Under the pieces are notes generated by a model. The model searched no databases. It was given only the letters and a program-made list of their open reading frames with translations, and was not told the origin of the DNA. Position numbers and translations under genes: made by a program. A DNA stretch of 64,000 nucleotides from Syntrophorhabdaceae bacterium (GTDB taxonomy: Bacteria > Desulfobacterota > Syntrophorhabdia > Syntrophorhabdales > Syntrophorhabdaceae): the NCBI GenBank assembly GCA_963665295.1, contig OY762209.1, forward strand, positions 256,001 to 320,000, read 5' to 3'. Positions 30,282-39,898 of the stretch are shown piece after piece; the stretch's first letter is position 1; the number at the start of each line of letters is the position of its first letter.

Positions 30282-30382
30282 AAAGAAAAACCCCTGGGGG
30301 AGGCCCAGGGGGAAGGGGGGTTATTATGAGAAGCTTATGGAGGTAATTTTCAGTTTAATGGTGCTTGTACTTTTTTTCTCAT
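30282..30382 (-). ncRNA. candidate C-rich (anti-SD) small RNA ending in an intrinsic terminator
   Basis: TATGAGAA/TTCTCATA stem, CCTCC and CCCCCCTTCCCCC tracts, CCCCTGGG-CAGGGG hairpin followed by a U-run; no ORF called. Confidence 0.45.
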
Positions 30383-30874
30383 ACTTATAGCCGTTTCACA
30401 GGCTTTTATCGGGCTAAAATCACGTGAAATTCTCTCACTATGCTCGGCAACGGAGCCACGTTTTCCATATCGTGAATTATTTAACATGCCCTGTTCTAAT
30501 AGTACATCATATCAGTTCATCTGTCAACCCCAAAATGATCTTTTGTAAAAAATAATACCCGGGCAGATTCGCCCTTACCCTATTAAGATTGGGCTTATAC
30601 ACCCTTTCCGGAGCAACCAATATGTACAGAATAGCGTACACCAGCGTCCGTATTCGGTTTTCACCCCGAAGGAGTAATGAATACGGGTCGGCGCGCGATA
30701 TGGAGCAGGAAAACGTCTTGAGGGCCACGGAGCAGGAAGGACCGGTTTCTCGCGCACACGCCGGTTGCCGTGACCCTGGAAAAATAGGCTTGATTTCGCC
30801 TCATGGCTCAACGTACAATAGGCGTAAGCGGAAGCATTCGAGTAGGACATAAAAGGGCAAAGGAGCGTCTTCAT

Positions 30875-31600
30875 ATGGCAAAGATAATGGAAGGTATTCA
30901 GTTCATCGCAGGACAGGATGAGTTCATCCCCGACTCTCACGTGTACATCATAGGTGAGCCCGGTTCCAACGATCTCTCCATGGTTGACGTGGGGCTTACA
31001 GGCAAAGGAAACTACAAGATTCAGTCCATTCGAAAGATGGGCATCGAGCCCGCATCCATCAAGCGGATCATCATGACCCATACCCATCTCGACCATATAG
31101 GCTGTCTTTCGGAAATAAGGACCCAGATCCCCGAAGCCGAATTATGGGTTCACGCCCTCGAGGCGGAACCGTTGGAAAGGGGCGAGGATAACGCAGTCTA
31201 CGGGATGGCGGAGTTCAAGACCATGTGCCAGATGCAGTTCGGGATCAAAGCCGGGGCCTTCAAGGTGAAGGTGGACCGCAAGCTTCAGGGCGGGGAAACC
31301 CTGAATATGGGTAACATGACCTGGGAGGTCATCCACATCCCCGGCCACTCCATGGGCGGGATCGCGCTTTACAACCGGGCATTGAAGGTACTCATCCCGG
31401 GCGACGTCGTGTATGCGGACTACGCCATAGGCAGGTTCGACCTTTTCGGCGCGAACGCGGCCCAGTTGAAGGCGTCTCTCTATAACCTCGCGGAGCTGGA
31501 AGTGAACATACTTCTGCCGGGACACAATCAACTCGCGAAAGACCTGCCTCCCGGCTACATCATGAAAACCGCGAAAACCTGGGAGCCCTATCTCACCTGA
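30875..31600 (+). CDS. MBL-fold metallo-hydrolase
   Basis: THTHLDHIG, PGHS, GD, PGH. Confidence 0.92.
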   Translation: MAKIMEGIQFIAGQDEFIPDSHVYIIGEPGSNDLSMVDVGLTGKGNYKIQSIRKMGIEPASIKRIIMTHTHLDHIGCLSEIRTQIPEAELWVHALEAEPLERGEDNAVYGMAEFKTMCQMQFGIKAGAFKVKVDRKLQGGETLNMGNMTWEVIHIPGHSMGGIALYNRALKVLIPGDVVYADYAIGRFDLFGANAAQLKASLYNLAELEVNILLPGHNQLAKDLPPGYIMKTAKTWEPYLT

Positions 31601-31835
31601 GCGGTAAGACCAAGGCATGGCGTTTCCGTAGGTTGCTCCGGCGGCAGCCGGCAACCCCGCCTTTGCCTATGGCTATCGAAAAACTATTGACCTGATTTCC
31701 GCAGGATCGTCCTGCCCGCCTTCAGCATACCTTCAATAAGACTTAATTATGAGTCAACTGGAAAATTGCCATGTATTGAAATTATCCCGGGCGATGGCAC
31801 CATAGATCATGACGCCGCCGGTTGATATCCCTAGC

Positions 31836-33756
31836 CCGAAGTTCCCCGCCCAATATTAACCCATCACCTTGATATTCCAATGATTATGGCAGAAATTGAT
31901 TTCCCGTTACTGGCTACAGTCCGAGGAGGGCAAGGGCGCGGGCCTGGAGAGGTGTCGGATCAGTAAGAAGGGTGAAGGCCGGGGCCATGGAGTCCAAAAC
32001 CATCCTGCACCGGTTTTTGCATCGGGTCCCCAGTGCGGCAAGGAGGGTACGGAAGCTCTGGACGGGAAGGCCGTCAGGGGTGAGCTTGGTGGTCTTCTTT
32101 TTCTTTGCGGAAGAAGATGACTCCGCGGGCTTTACCGGGTCTCTCGTCGTTCGTGAGAGGGGAAGCTCCTCATCGTCGAAGAGCAGCGGCGTAAGGGCCT
32201 CCCTCATATGCCACTCTACGTAATAGGCGAGGGTGCAGAGAAAGATGTGGGCTCGCACGTGATCCTCGGTACGGTGGTGAATGGGACGGACGAGAAGATC
32301 GATGCCCTTCAAGGTCCTGAAGGCCCGCTCTACCCGGGCAAGGTTCTTGTAGTTCCGTACCACATCGGCGGGAGGAAGGGCTGGTTCACTCGTACGGATC
32401 ACATAGATCCCGTCGAGGGCTTCTTCTTCGGTGATTGACTCCTCGTTCCGGGCGAATGAGAAGGACCCGTCTCCGATGGTAAGGATAAAGTGCTTCGCCA
32501 TCTTGTGATCGTTGACTACCGCGCCGACTTTCTTCCCTATCTCCGCTGCGGAAAGAGGCGTCCTTGTCCTTCTCCCGACCGCCCGTACAATGGAGGACAA
32601 CTTCTTTTCCGTCACATCGAGGAGCGCGTTTCTTTTCCTCTTTCTCTCTTCGGCAAGAAGGGGGTTGAAGCAAGCGATGAGCCTTTCCCCCGGATACTCG
32701 GGAGAGGTGATTTCCGCAAAGTCCTGGGTATCGAAGAGGGACATCTGGATGCTCCCCTGTCCCACAAGCTCGCGTATGGCGGAAGACCTGAGGGCCGATA
32801 TCCACCCTATGCCGGGCATCTCCTTTATCTTTGTAATCTGTGTCTCCGTAAGCATGCCCCTGTCGCCCACGAGGACGAGGTGATCGAGACCGAATCTTTC
32901 TTTGAGCTTTGCCGTCTGGTCGGGAATGGTAGAGGGATCGCCCGTATTCCCCGGATAGACGGTAACTGCAACAGGTCGGCCTTCGTGATCGGTGAGTACT
33001 CCATAGACGATGATCCTCTTTCCCTTTTCATCCCGGTCATGGCCGAACTGCGCAAGGGGACAGGTGTGGCCCTCGTAGTAACTGCTCGTCACATCGTAGA
33101 GCACGAGCGAGCCCTCGGTAAGGTGCTTATTCGCCAGCTTCTTCTCGATCCGCTCCTGTCTTGCCAAAAGCCAGTCCAGGGCATCATAGAGTTCGTCCTC
33201 ATCGGCATCTGCAACCGAGAGTTCCTCCGCCACCGAAGTAGTATGCCAGAGCCTCGTAGTTGCTAATTTCGATGAGGGGTGGATGAGGCGTTCCACGATC
33301 ATGGCGATTACGAGGTCTCTCTCCCTTCCAGGCTTCGAGGCAATGACCGTATCAAGGCCAAGCTTCTTTATTGTCCCGAGTATGGCCTCCACATGGCCGT
33401 GGGGGAGAGACTGCTCAACCTTAAAGGCTTCCTTCGGAGAGACGAGAGACTCCCCTTTCAATACACGCCTCAAGAGCTCGATCTTCTCTTCCGGCCAATC
33501 AGTGAGGTTTGCGACTGTCTTCTTCTTTATCTTTTTGCCTTCCCTCCATGCCTCCCTCAAGAGGATGGCGGGCCGGGAGTTGCGGTTGGGGATGCTTTCG
33601 ATGTACATGGAACATATATAGCAAATAGCTTACCTACATGTCAAGTACATAATGCACTATTACATGGCAACAAGTAGAAGATATGATTATCACCAACTTT
33701 ACATAATTTCAACAGGATAGAGTGATATTGGGGGGATTTCACAGGGGGAACTTCGG
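31836..33756 (-). mobile_element. complete IS1634-family insertion sequence
   Basis: TIRs CCGAAGTTCCCC (31836-31847) and GGGGAACTTCGG (33745-33756); 6-bp TSD CCTAGC at 31830-31835 and 33757-33762. Confidence 0.92.
31914..33608 (-). CDS. IS1634-family DDE transposase
   Basis: LYDVTSSYYEG, LVGDRGM, VERAFRTLK...RPIHH...VRAHIFLC. Confidence 0.95.
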   Translation of the reverse strand: MYIESIPNRNSRPAILLREAWREGKKIKKKTVANLTDWPEEKIELLRRVLKGESLVSPKEAFKVEQSLPHGHVEAILGTIKKLGLDTVIASKPGRERDLVIAMIVERLIHPSSKLATTRLWHTTSVAEELSVADADEDELYDALDWLLARQERIEKKLANKHLTEGSLVLYDVTSSYYEGHTCPLAQFGHDRDEKGKRIIVYGVLTDHEGRPVAVTVYPGNTGDPSTIPDQTAKLKERFGLDHLVLVGDRGMLTETQITKIKEMPGIGWISALRSSAIRELVGQGSIQMSLFDTQDFAEITSPEYPGERLIACFNPLLAEERKRKRNALLDVTEKKLSSIVRAVGRRTRTPLSAAEIGKKVGAVVNDHKMAKHFILTIGDGSFSFARNEESITEEEALDGIYVIRTSEPALPPADVVRNYKNLARVERAFRTLKGIDLLVRPIHHRTEDHVRAHIFLCTLAYYVEWHMREALTPLLFDDEELPLSRTTRDPVKPAESSSSAKKKKTTKLTPDGLPVQSFRTLLAALGTRCKNRCRMVLDSMAPAFTLLTDPTPLQARALALLGL

Positions 33757-33866
33757 CCTAGCAGGGATACAGGGTCCCCCACGACAAAGAAAGCCTCTCG
33801 TCATAGATTCACCATAATATTTTGAACGATTTATTTGCCTGACGGTGGAAATATCAGAGGATAACA

Positions 33867-33943
33867 TGGGGTGGATGAGGGGATTCGAACCCCCAACCCC
33901 TGGGTCCACAGCCTAGTGCTCTGACCATTGAGCTACACCCACC
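33867..33943 (-). tRNA. tRNA-His (GUG)
   Basis: GGTGGGTGTAGCTCAATGGTCAGAGCA-CTAGG-CTGTGGA-CCCAG...GGTTCGAATCC...CCACCCCA; G-1, C73 and encoded CCA. Confidence 0.95.
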
Positions 33944-34074
33944 ACGTGTGTCTTTATTTAGCACGATAACACCGAAAAGTCAATTACTACCACAGCATCA
34001 GAGCGGACGGGACGATAAAGGAGTAACGAAGGCGTTCAGCCTCGGTATGTATGCCACCACCTTACGAAGTTAAT

Positions 34075-34346
34075 AAACTACCCCGCCGCAAGGAGCGGGA
34101 TATTAGAAAAGCATTGGCTGCCGGTCCTTGTGTAATTTAGGTGATGCTTTTGATGATCGATACTATCCTCGTTATGCTGTGTGTTGGGACAGACTGCACG
34201 AGAAAATGCACATGGTCCTTGTCCGCGCCGATTTCCGAAGATTCACATGGTATATGAGTACGGTGACATTGTGGCTCATGTGTACGTATTCACCCACTCA
34301 CGCTCTACGCGGCAGGCGGTGGGGAAATTCAACCCGGGGGGGGTTA
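34075..34346 (-). mobile_element. internally deleted IS200/IS605 tnpA element (non-autonomous remnant)
   Basis: Fragments GEYVHMSHNVTVLIYHV / EIGADKDHVHFLVQSVP...IIKSIT (HUH motif) / LHKDRQPMLF; imperfect hairpins at both ends. Confidence 0.8.
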
Positions 34347-34455
34347 AGAGTTTCCTCCTCTTCAAAACGGACCTGCCTATGAGAGTTGCCGGATTTCCAT
34401 ACCTGGAACATCGTAATGTTTGCCCCCGGCGACCATTGTTCTTTTCAACATAAAC

Positions 34456-34612
34456 AATTGAAGCCGGGCGGAATAGGCGGCCGCACGGGGCGGACACTTC
34501 AGATAGGTCGGGCTGTGAAGGGAGGTAGAGCGTCGGCGTATACTCATACGCCAGAGCACGCCTCCCTTTGCAGAGTGGCCTATATGGAGCGTTCGTTCCG
34601 TGCGGCCGCCTA
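34456..34612 (+). repeat. long hairpin repeat element, copy A
   Basis: TAGGCGGCCGCACGG...CCGTGCGGCCGCCTA arms; close reverse-complement match to 52046-52201. Confidence 0.85.
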
Positions 34613-34712
34613 AGGACTTGCGTTACGGAAGCAATTTACCCCAGCGCTTCGCCCAACCACGCTCCAACACACCTCTCATCAACCGGCCAAAGTACTCGAC
34701 AGCGCCTCGTAA

Positions 34713-34741
34713 TTGACAAGCCTTTGCGCCGTACCTACATT
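34713..34741 (+). promoter_or_regulatory. sigma-70-like promoter of the cytochrome-rhodanese pair
   Basis: TTGACA-N17-TACATT. Confidence 0.65.
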
Positions 34742-34759
34742 ATCTGATTAGAGGAACCT

Positions 34760-36001
34760 GTGAAAACTGCGCTCATTTCAGCCATTGTCATCGCATTTAC
34801 CACACTGCTCCTTGCTCCGGGAGTCTCCTATGCGGCCACAGGCAGTTGCGTCGCCTGCCACACGGACGAGGCTATGCTCAAATCCCTTTTCAAGCCCGCC
34901 GCCATAGAAGGCGAAGGTGAAGGGTGAGCGGGTCCTCCTCCGCCAGTTAAGGCGGAAGAGATGTACAAGGGCTTTCTCGTTGACAAAAAACTCCTGGCCG
35001 ACGATCCCCATGTCAGCCAGGGATGCATCGCCTGCCACAAGGGCGATGAAAAATCAAAGACCAAAGACGGGGCGCACAAGGGCATGACCTCCCGGCCGTC
35101 GGACAATCCCGCAGTCTGCGCAACCTGCCATGATCAGATTGCGAAGAACTACGGAAAATCCCTCCACTATACCACTGCCGGTCTCAGGACGGGCGTATCG
35201 GGAAGGTTCTCGGAAGCGGAGAAAAAGCTCTTCACCGAAAAGGTATTCGAAAAGTCATGCCGCTCCTGTCACGCCTCATGCGGCGACTGCCACGTCAAGG
35301 TGCCCGCCACCACAGGGGTCAACCCCGGTCTTATAAAGGGTCACGCCTTCGTCAAACGGGACGAGGGTAAGACGTGCGCCATATGCCACGGCGGCAGGGT
35401 CTACCCCGAGTACACGGGTGACTATGGGGGAAGCCCTGACGTCCACTACCAGAAGGGCATGCTTTGCATGGACTGCCACAAGGTGGCCGGGATGCACGGC
35501 AACGGCACGGCCTACGCCTCAAAGCAGGAGGTCAGGGAGAGACCGGCCTGCATCGCCTGTCACAAGAAAGGACAGGAGAAGAGCGAAAAGGCGCGCACTT
35601 CCCACGCAACGCACATGGACAAGGTAAGTTGCCAGGCCTGCCATAGCTCCGCGCCTTACCGGAATTGCTATGACTGCCATATGGGCAAGGGCGCACAATC
35701 CAAGCCCGGGTTCTTCCTCGGCCTCAACCCCCGGAACAAGGGGCAGATCACCACATTGCGCCTCATCCCGGCTGTTCGCGACACATTCAAGAGCGTGGGG
35801 ATCGGGATGGCCCACTTCGACAATCTCCCCAACTATTGGAATACATCGCCCCACAATATAAGGAAGCGTACGGAGCAGACCCGTTCATGCGACGTCTGCC
35901 ACGAGGAAAAGAAGGGATTTCTCACAAAGGAATCACTCGTCAAGGATGGTTCCAAAGCCAATGACAGCTTGATTTTTCTCCCGAAACCGCTCGGGAAGTA
36001 G
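34760..36001 (+). CDS. periplasmic 11-heme c-type cytochrome, probable selenoprotein (UGA at codon 56)
   Basis: GTG start with GAGGA RBS; signal peptide plus CVACH in frame with ORF 34961..36001 (10 further CxxCH); single TGA at 34925-34927 followed by a SECIS-like hairpin. Confidence 0.8.
34936..34960 (+). promoter_or_regulatory. bacterial SECIS-like hairpin
   Basis: TCCGCC-AGTTAA-GGCGGA; apical loop begins 17 nt after the UGA, with G at loop position 2. Confidence 0.7.
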
Positions 36002-36062
36002 AAAAATACAGGGGGTCCCTCCGGCGGCGGGACCCCGAATACATCAAATATGGGAGGGCAAT

Positions 36063-36977
36063 ATGAAGCGCACAAGAATCCTGGTAATGGCATTTGCGAT
36101 CATCTTTCTGGCTGCTCTCGCGGCTCCTGCCCTTGTGGGCGCAAGAGATATAACCCCGATTGTTTCACTCGACTGGCTGGAGAAGAACCTCGGCAACCCC
36201 AAGGTCAGGATAATCGATATCAGGAAGGTGGAGGAGTACAGGGCCGGCCACGTGCCCAACGCCCTCAACGTCTTTTACGGGACCTGGGCCGTAGCGAAAA
36301 AGGGCCTCGCCAACGAACTTCCCGAGGCTGACGACCTTGTGGACGCCATAAGCTCCGCCGGCATAGCCCCTGATTCGTGGGTGATCCTCACAGGCAGCGC
36401 GGACGCCCTTCCCGACAGGATGCGTCTCACCAGGGTAGCCTGGACCCTCGCCTATGCGGGGATTGCCAACGTGGCGATCCTTGACGGCGGATACGGCAAA
36501 TGGGTGGCCGCCAAAAAACCCGTATCGACCGACCTCGTAAGGCCCGTCGCCGCTGCGTTCAAGCCCGACTGGAACAAAAGGCTTCTCGTCGCAAGGGATG
36601 GCCTGATCTCGGATATGGGCAAGGCCATACTGGTGGACGCGAGATTGCCCGATGCCTATTTCGGAGTGACAAAACTCGATATTACGGCCCGTTACGGCCA
36701 CATAAAGTCCGCCCTCTGCCTGCCCTCGGCCTGGCTCTACGGGAAGGACAACACCTTTATCTCCAAGGGCGATCTCGAAGCCATGGCCACGGGCGTGGTG
36801 GGCAACGACAAATCGAAAGAGGTCATCGTGTATTGTGACACCGGCCTCGTGGCGAGCGGGTGGTGGTACGTGCTGAGCGAGGTCCTCGGTTACAAGAACG
36901 TGAGATTATACGACGGCTCCTCCCAGGAATGGGCCAAAGACCCGAACATGCCCATGACCATATTCAGTTGGAAATAG
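36063..36977 (+). CDS. exported tandem-domain rhodanese/sulfurtransferase
   Basis: Signal peptide, GHVPNA, LDGG, active-site loop YCDTG, LYDGSSQEW. Confidence 0.92.
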   Translation: MKRTRILVMAFAIIFLAALAAPALVGARDITPIVSLDWLEKNLGNPKVRIIDIRKVEEYRAGHVPNALNVFYGTWAVAKKGLANELPEADDLVDAISSAGIAPDSWVILTGSADALPDRMRLTRVAWTLAYAGIANVAILDGGYGKWVAAKKPVSTDLVRPVAAAFKPDWNKRLLVARDGLISDMGKAILVDARLPDAYFGVTKLDITARYGHIKSALCLPSAWLYGKDNTFISKGDLEAMATGVVGNDKSKEVIVYCDTGLVASGWWYVLSEVLGYKNVRLYDGSSQEWAKDPNMPMTIFSWK

Positions 36978-37168
36978 GTTAGCCCATATGCCGGGCGGGC
37001 AACAGGTCCGCCCGGCGCCTTATCCGTTCCGTCCCCTGCCCTCTGCACATATCCAATCCACGGCATTCACCGGGCCACCCGGCATGCTCCCCGTTGGTGC
37101 GCCGCAAAAGGGCCTTGTCCACGGGAAAAGCGCTTCTCTGGAGAAGGATGGCCCTCACGAGCGGGGCA

Positions 37169-38437
37169 TTAACCGAGGATACAGTGAGTCCGCGTCGCGG
37201 CATAGGCCCTGACCCTCGCCTCCAACCAGTTTTCCAGGCCTTTGGCGAGATAGAACCTGGGGAAGAGCAGGTCGTCTTCAGGTCCTATGACCCCTTCCTC
37301 CCGCGCCTGATCGGCCAGGCGGGTATGGGGATAGATCCGGATACCGGCGCTCACCTTCAGGGCTTCGAGGTCAAGGGAGTCGGCAAAGGCAAGGCTTTCT
37401 TCCACGGACTCCCGCGTCTCGCCCGGACCGCCAAGAAGGAGGAACCCCATGCGCCGGATGGACCGTTCCTTGAGGACCCGGCAGGTGTGCATGATATCTT
37501 CGCGGCCGAACCGCTTGTTCATGGCCCGCAGCATCCTCTCGCATCCGCTCTCGAAACCTACGGCCGCCTCCACGCAACCCGATTCAGCCATGGCATCGGC
37601 CAGGGATTCATCCATCCTGAACGGATATACTATGGAGTGCCACCGGACCCCGAGGTCGGCGCGGGCAAGCTCGCGGCACAATTCCTTTGCATAGGAGGCA
37701 GGCAGGTTAAAGGTGTTGTCCACGAAGTAGAACCGGCGGACACCGGTGCCCGCCCACAGGGCGATCCATTTCACCACCTCTTCGGGAGACCTTTTGCGGA
37801 TAGCCGCCCCTTCGATGGCGGCAGTGGAGCAGTAGGAGCACCTCATGGGGCAGCCGCGCCTGGTCTGGACAGGGAAGATTGCGTCGGCCGGGGCGGGAAC
37901 ATGGAGAAGACCGGGACCCGGAAGAGGAACCTGGTCAAGGACCTTCACGGAAGCCCGGCCCCGGCCGCCGTGTTCCCTCAGATAAAGCCCCGGTATCCCC
38001 GCGAGGGGCACCTTCCGCTCCAGCCTGTCCACGATCATGGTGAAGACCTCTTCTCCCGCTCCCAGGACGCCCATGTCGGCCCTGGAGCGGTGGAGTATCT
38101 CTTGCGGAAACATGCTGTAGCCCGCGCCGCCCAGTACAATGGGGGCTTCCGTGAGGTTCCGCACCTCGTCTATGACCGCCAGGGCCTCCAGGACAAAGAC
38201 CCGGGGCGAAACCATGTTCTGGTCGTCTATATTGCGAATCGAAAGACCAATCACATGAGGCATAAATCCACGGACCGCTTCGGAAAGAGCGTCCCGTGTC
38301 TCCCCGGCCTCTATGAGATCGAGTATCCGCACCGCGTGACCTGCCCGGCCGATTGTCTCTCCCACGCAGCTGAGGCCGAGAGGGATGGCGCGCATGTTGG
38401 TTTCCGTCCGGTTCGCCGAGATGAGGAGAACTCTCAT
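37169..38437 (-). CDS. B12-binding radical SAM protein
   Basis: GLSIRNIDD, RGCPMRCSYC (CxxxCxxC), GIRIYP. Confidence 0.92.
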   Translation of the reverse strand: MRVLLISANRTETNMRAIPLGLSCVGETIGRAGHAVRILDLIEAGETRDALSEAVRGFMPHVIGLSIRNIDDQNMVSPRVFVLEALAVIDEVRNLTEAPIVLGGAGYSMFPQEILHRSRADMGVLGAGEEVFTMIVDRLERKVPLAGIPGLYLREHGGRGRASVKVLDQVPLPGPGLLHVPAPADAIFPVQTRRGCPMRCSYCSTAAIEGAAIRKRSPEEVVKWIALWAGTGVRRFYFVDNTFNLPASYAKELCRELARADLGVRWHSIVYPFRMDESLADAMAESGCVEAAVGFESGCERMLRAMNKRFGREDIMHTCRVLKERSIRRMGFLLLGGPGETRESVEESLAFADSLDLEALKVSAGIRIYPHTRLADQAREEGVIGPEDDLLFPRFYLAKGLENWLEARVRAYAATRTHCILG

Positions 38438-38507
38438 GGTAATAATTGTACCATCAAAGGGCCCTTTTTGTTCCAGGGAAAGATACCGGGGCGGACATGG
38501 TGTCCGG

Positions 38508-39878
38508 TCAGCGGAGGTTGCCCCTCGTAAGGGACGCAAAGGTCCCTCCCACGCACAGGACGGCGAAGATCCCGAAGATGAGCTTCGTGCTCTTCATGAG
38601 AAGTCCGTAGTATGGGGGTGAAATGGCGACCCTGCCGATAAGGAGTGCAAAAACGAGCATGGCAATGCCCATACTCACCATCTGGCCGATGAGACGCATG
38701 GTCGCAAGGGTGGACGATGCAATACCGTAGAACCGGCTCTCCACAGAAGACATGATGGCATTCGTATTGGGAGAGGAAAAGAGGGCGAAACCGAAACCGA
38801 GTATCACCAGGCTCGTCACGATGAAGGCAAGGGGCGTGTCGGCGTTCACCAGCGCGAGGAGAAGGAGACCCGTCGCGGTAATGGCCATTCCGGCGGACGC
38901 CACGAGCCTCGGCTCGACCCTGTCCGAAAGCCTGCCTGCAAGAGGCGAGAAGGCCGCCTGCACAAGGGGCTGCGACACAAGAACGATGCCCGCCGCCTGG
39001 GGAGTGAACCCCCTTATGTACTGAAGGTAGAGGCTCAGGAGAAAGCCTATGGCGAAGGTTGCGCTGTAGTTGATGAGGGCCGCCACGTTCGAGAGGGTAA
39101 AAACCTTGTTGGTCATGAAGATCCTCACTTCGAGGACCGGGTTTTTACTCTTCAGCTCCCACCCCACGAAGGCCGTCGCAGCCAACGCCCCGAAGAAAAC
39201 GAAGATAAACCCCGCAATTGACGGAAGGCAGGATACCCCGTACATGACAAGAAGGAGGGCCAGGGCATAGATACAGGAACCCGTGAAATCGAAAGATTCT
39301 CCTTCAGCCTCAGCCTTTTCCCGCCTCAGTTTCCTGATGCTCAGGAACACCACGAAGAGGCCGAGAGGCACGTTGAAGAGGAAGACGCTCCTCCATCCCG
39401 CCTGCTGTGTCAGGATGCCCCCGATAAAGGGTCCACAGGAAAGGCCGAGGTAGACGGCGGCGATATTGATGCCCAGCGCCTGCCCCCTTTCACCGGGGGG
39501 ATAGGCGGAGGTCAGGATGGCCACGCCCGTGCCGAACACCATGGCCGCCCCCACCCCCTGGAAAGCCCGGAAAAGGATGAGGGCGCCCGCCGACGGCGCG
39601 AGGCCAAGACAGAGGGATGACACGCTGAAGACCCACATGCCGTAGATGAAGATCCTTCTCCGCCCGAAAATATCCGCAATCCGGCCGAAGGGCACGAGGA
39701 ACATGGCTGCGGCAAGGAGGTAGGTGGTGGCCACCCAGTTGAGGGCGATGGCGTTCATAGAGAACTCCCTGCTGATGGTGGGAAGGGCCACATTGACGGT
39801 AGCCAGGGAAAGGGGTGTGAGGAAAGAGGAGACAGTAGTCACTACGAGCACGGATTTCTTGTTGTTTTCTTCTGTCAT
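38508..39878 (-). CDS. MFS transporter (DHA2/EmrB-like, 14 TM)
   Basis: NVALPTI, GRIADIFGRRR, GFALFSSPNTNAIM. Confidence 0.92.
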   Translation of the reverse strand: MTEENNKKSVLVVTTVSSFLTPLSLATVNVALPTISREFSMNAIALNWVATTYLLAAAMFLVPFGRIADIFGRRRIFIYGMWVFSVSSLCLGLAPSAGALILFRAFQGVGAAMVFGTGVAILTSAYPPGERGQALGINIAAVYLGLSCGPFIGGILTQQAGWRSVFLFNVPLGLFVVFLSIRKLRREKAEAEGESFDFTGSCIYALALLLVMYGVSCLPSIAGFIFVFFGALAATAFVGWELKSKNPVLEVRIFMTNKVFTLSNVAALINYSATFAIGFLLSLYLQYIRGFTPQAAGIVLVSQPLVQAAFSPLAGRLSDRVEPRLVASAGMAITATGLLLLALVNADTPLAFIVTSLVILGFGFALFSSPNTNAIMSSVESRFYGIASSTLATMRLIGQMVSMGIAMLVFALLIGRVAISPPYYGLLMKSTKLIFGIFAVLCVGGTFASLTRGNLR

Positions 39879-39898
39879 TCCCGTCGTCTGCCTGCCCG

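Noticed and set aside
30640..30780. SRP RNA-like hairpins
   Set aside because: The conserved SRP domain IV motif was not found.
31836..34346. Integrated genomic island at tRNA-His
   Set aside because: No integrase and no duplicated tRNA 3' end seen; only IS elements are present.
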